A stretch of DNA of 64,000 bases from Eledone cirrhosa. Lineage: Eukaryota. Location: assembly GCA_964016885.1 (NCBI GenBank), contig OZ024748.1, forward strand, positions 30,690,001 through 30,754,000, given 5' to 3'. The position numbers were made by a program, and so were the translations under genes. The first letter of the stretch is position 1; the number at the start of each line of letters is the position of its first letter. Shown piece after piece: positions 63,515 through 64,000 of the stretch. The notes under the pieces are model-generated. The model saw only the letters and a program-made list of their open reading frames with translations. It did not search any database and was not told the origin of the DNA.

Positions 63515-63626
63515 TGTTCGCATGCCAACGCAAGAGCAAGAATGAAGTGTTCATTTTACTGACATGGCTATACAATTGAGGCTTGTTTGCAAAATTGCAA
63601 ACGAATTGAATGTTATTATTAATATT

Positions 63627-63817
63627 CAAAGGGCGATGGATTGGCAGTATTGGTAGAGGGTCGGACGCCATGCTTTGACGTATAGAGTTACGGCCCTTTA
63701 CATTCTGAGTTCAAATCCCGCCAAGGTTAACTTTGCCTTTCATCCTTACGGGGTTGATAAAATAAAGTTCCAGTAATGCACTCGGTAATTGCTGGCCTTG
63801 TGCCTAACGTAGAAACA
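63627..63817 (+). mobile_element. Full-length Nin/Deu-domain tRNA SINE with 12-bp TSD
   Basis: A and B boxes, tttgcctttcatccttacggggttgataaaat, and the TSD attattaatatt at 63615-63626 and 63818-63829. Confidence 0.92.
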
Positions 63818-64000
63818 ATTATTAATATTGAAAAAAACTTAGATTACATTTATTGTATTCAGCCATGTAGAGCGAAATTTTCTTTTTATATATATATATA
63901 TATATAAAAAGAAAATTTCGCTCTACATGGCTGAATACAATAAATGTAATCTAAGTTTGTATTCTTACATAATTTACACATCACCGAATTCTTTCGCTAA

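Overview
This is AT-rich, repeat-dense animal DNA. The (TA)n microsatellites, the two tRNA-derived SINE families and the RTE LINE debris look cephalopod (octopus-like), which is an inference. Host genes are the 3' exons of a P5B-type ATPase (ATP13A family, + strand, about 1.6-21.8 kb), a decayed ankyrin-repeat exon (-), and a complete 3-exon small heat-shock protein gene (-, 43.0-50.7 kb). The rest is mobile DNA: RTE, L1/Tx1, CRE and Penelope fragments, an IR/DR Tc1 element, mariner-type MITEs and SINEs. The most striking signal is about 17 type-I hammerhead-ribozyme (HHR) motifs (CUGANGA-stem II-GAAA-stem III-NUH, closed by stem I) from many different sequence families. Most sit in short non-coding direct-repeat or fold-back elements beside (TA)n tracts. 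One has a 520-nt unit whose boundary falls exactly on the predicted cleavage site, which looks like a retrozyme / non-autonomous Penelope system. All coordinates and folds were read by eye. Repeat boundaries are approximate and no ribozyme activity has been shown.
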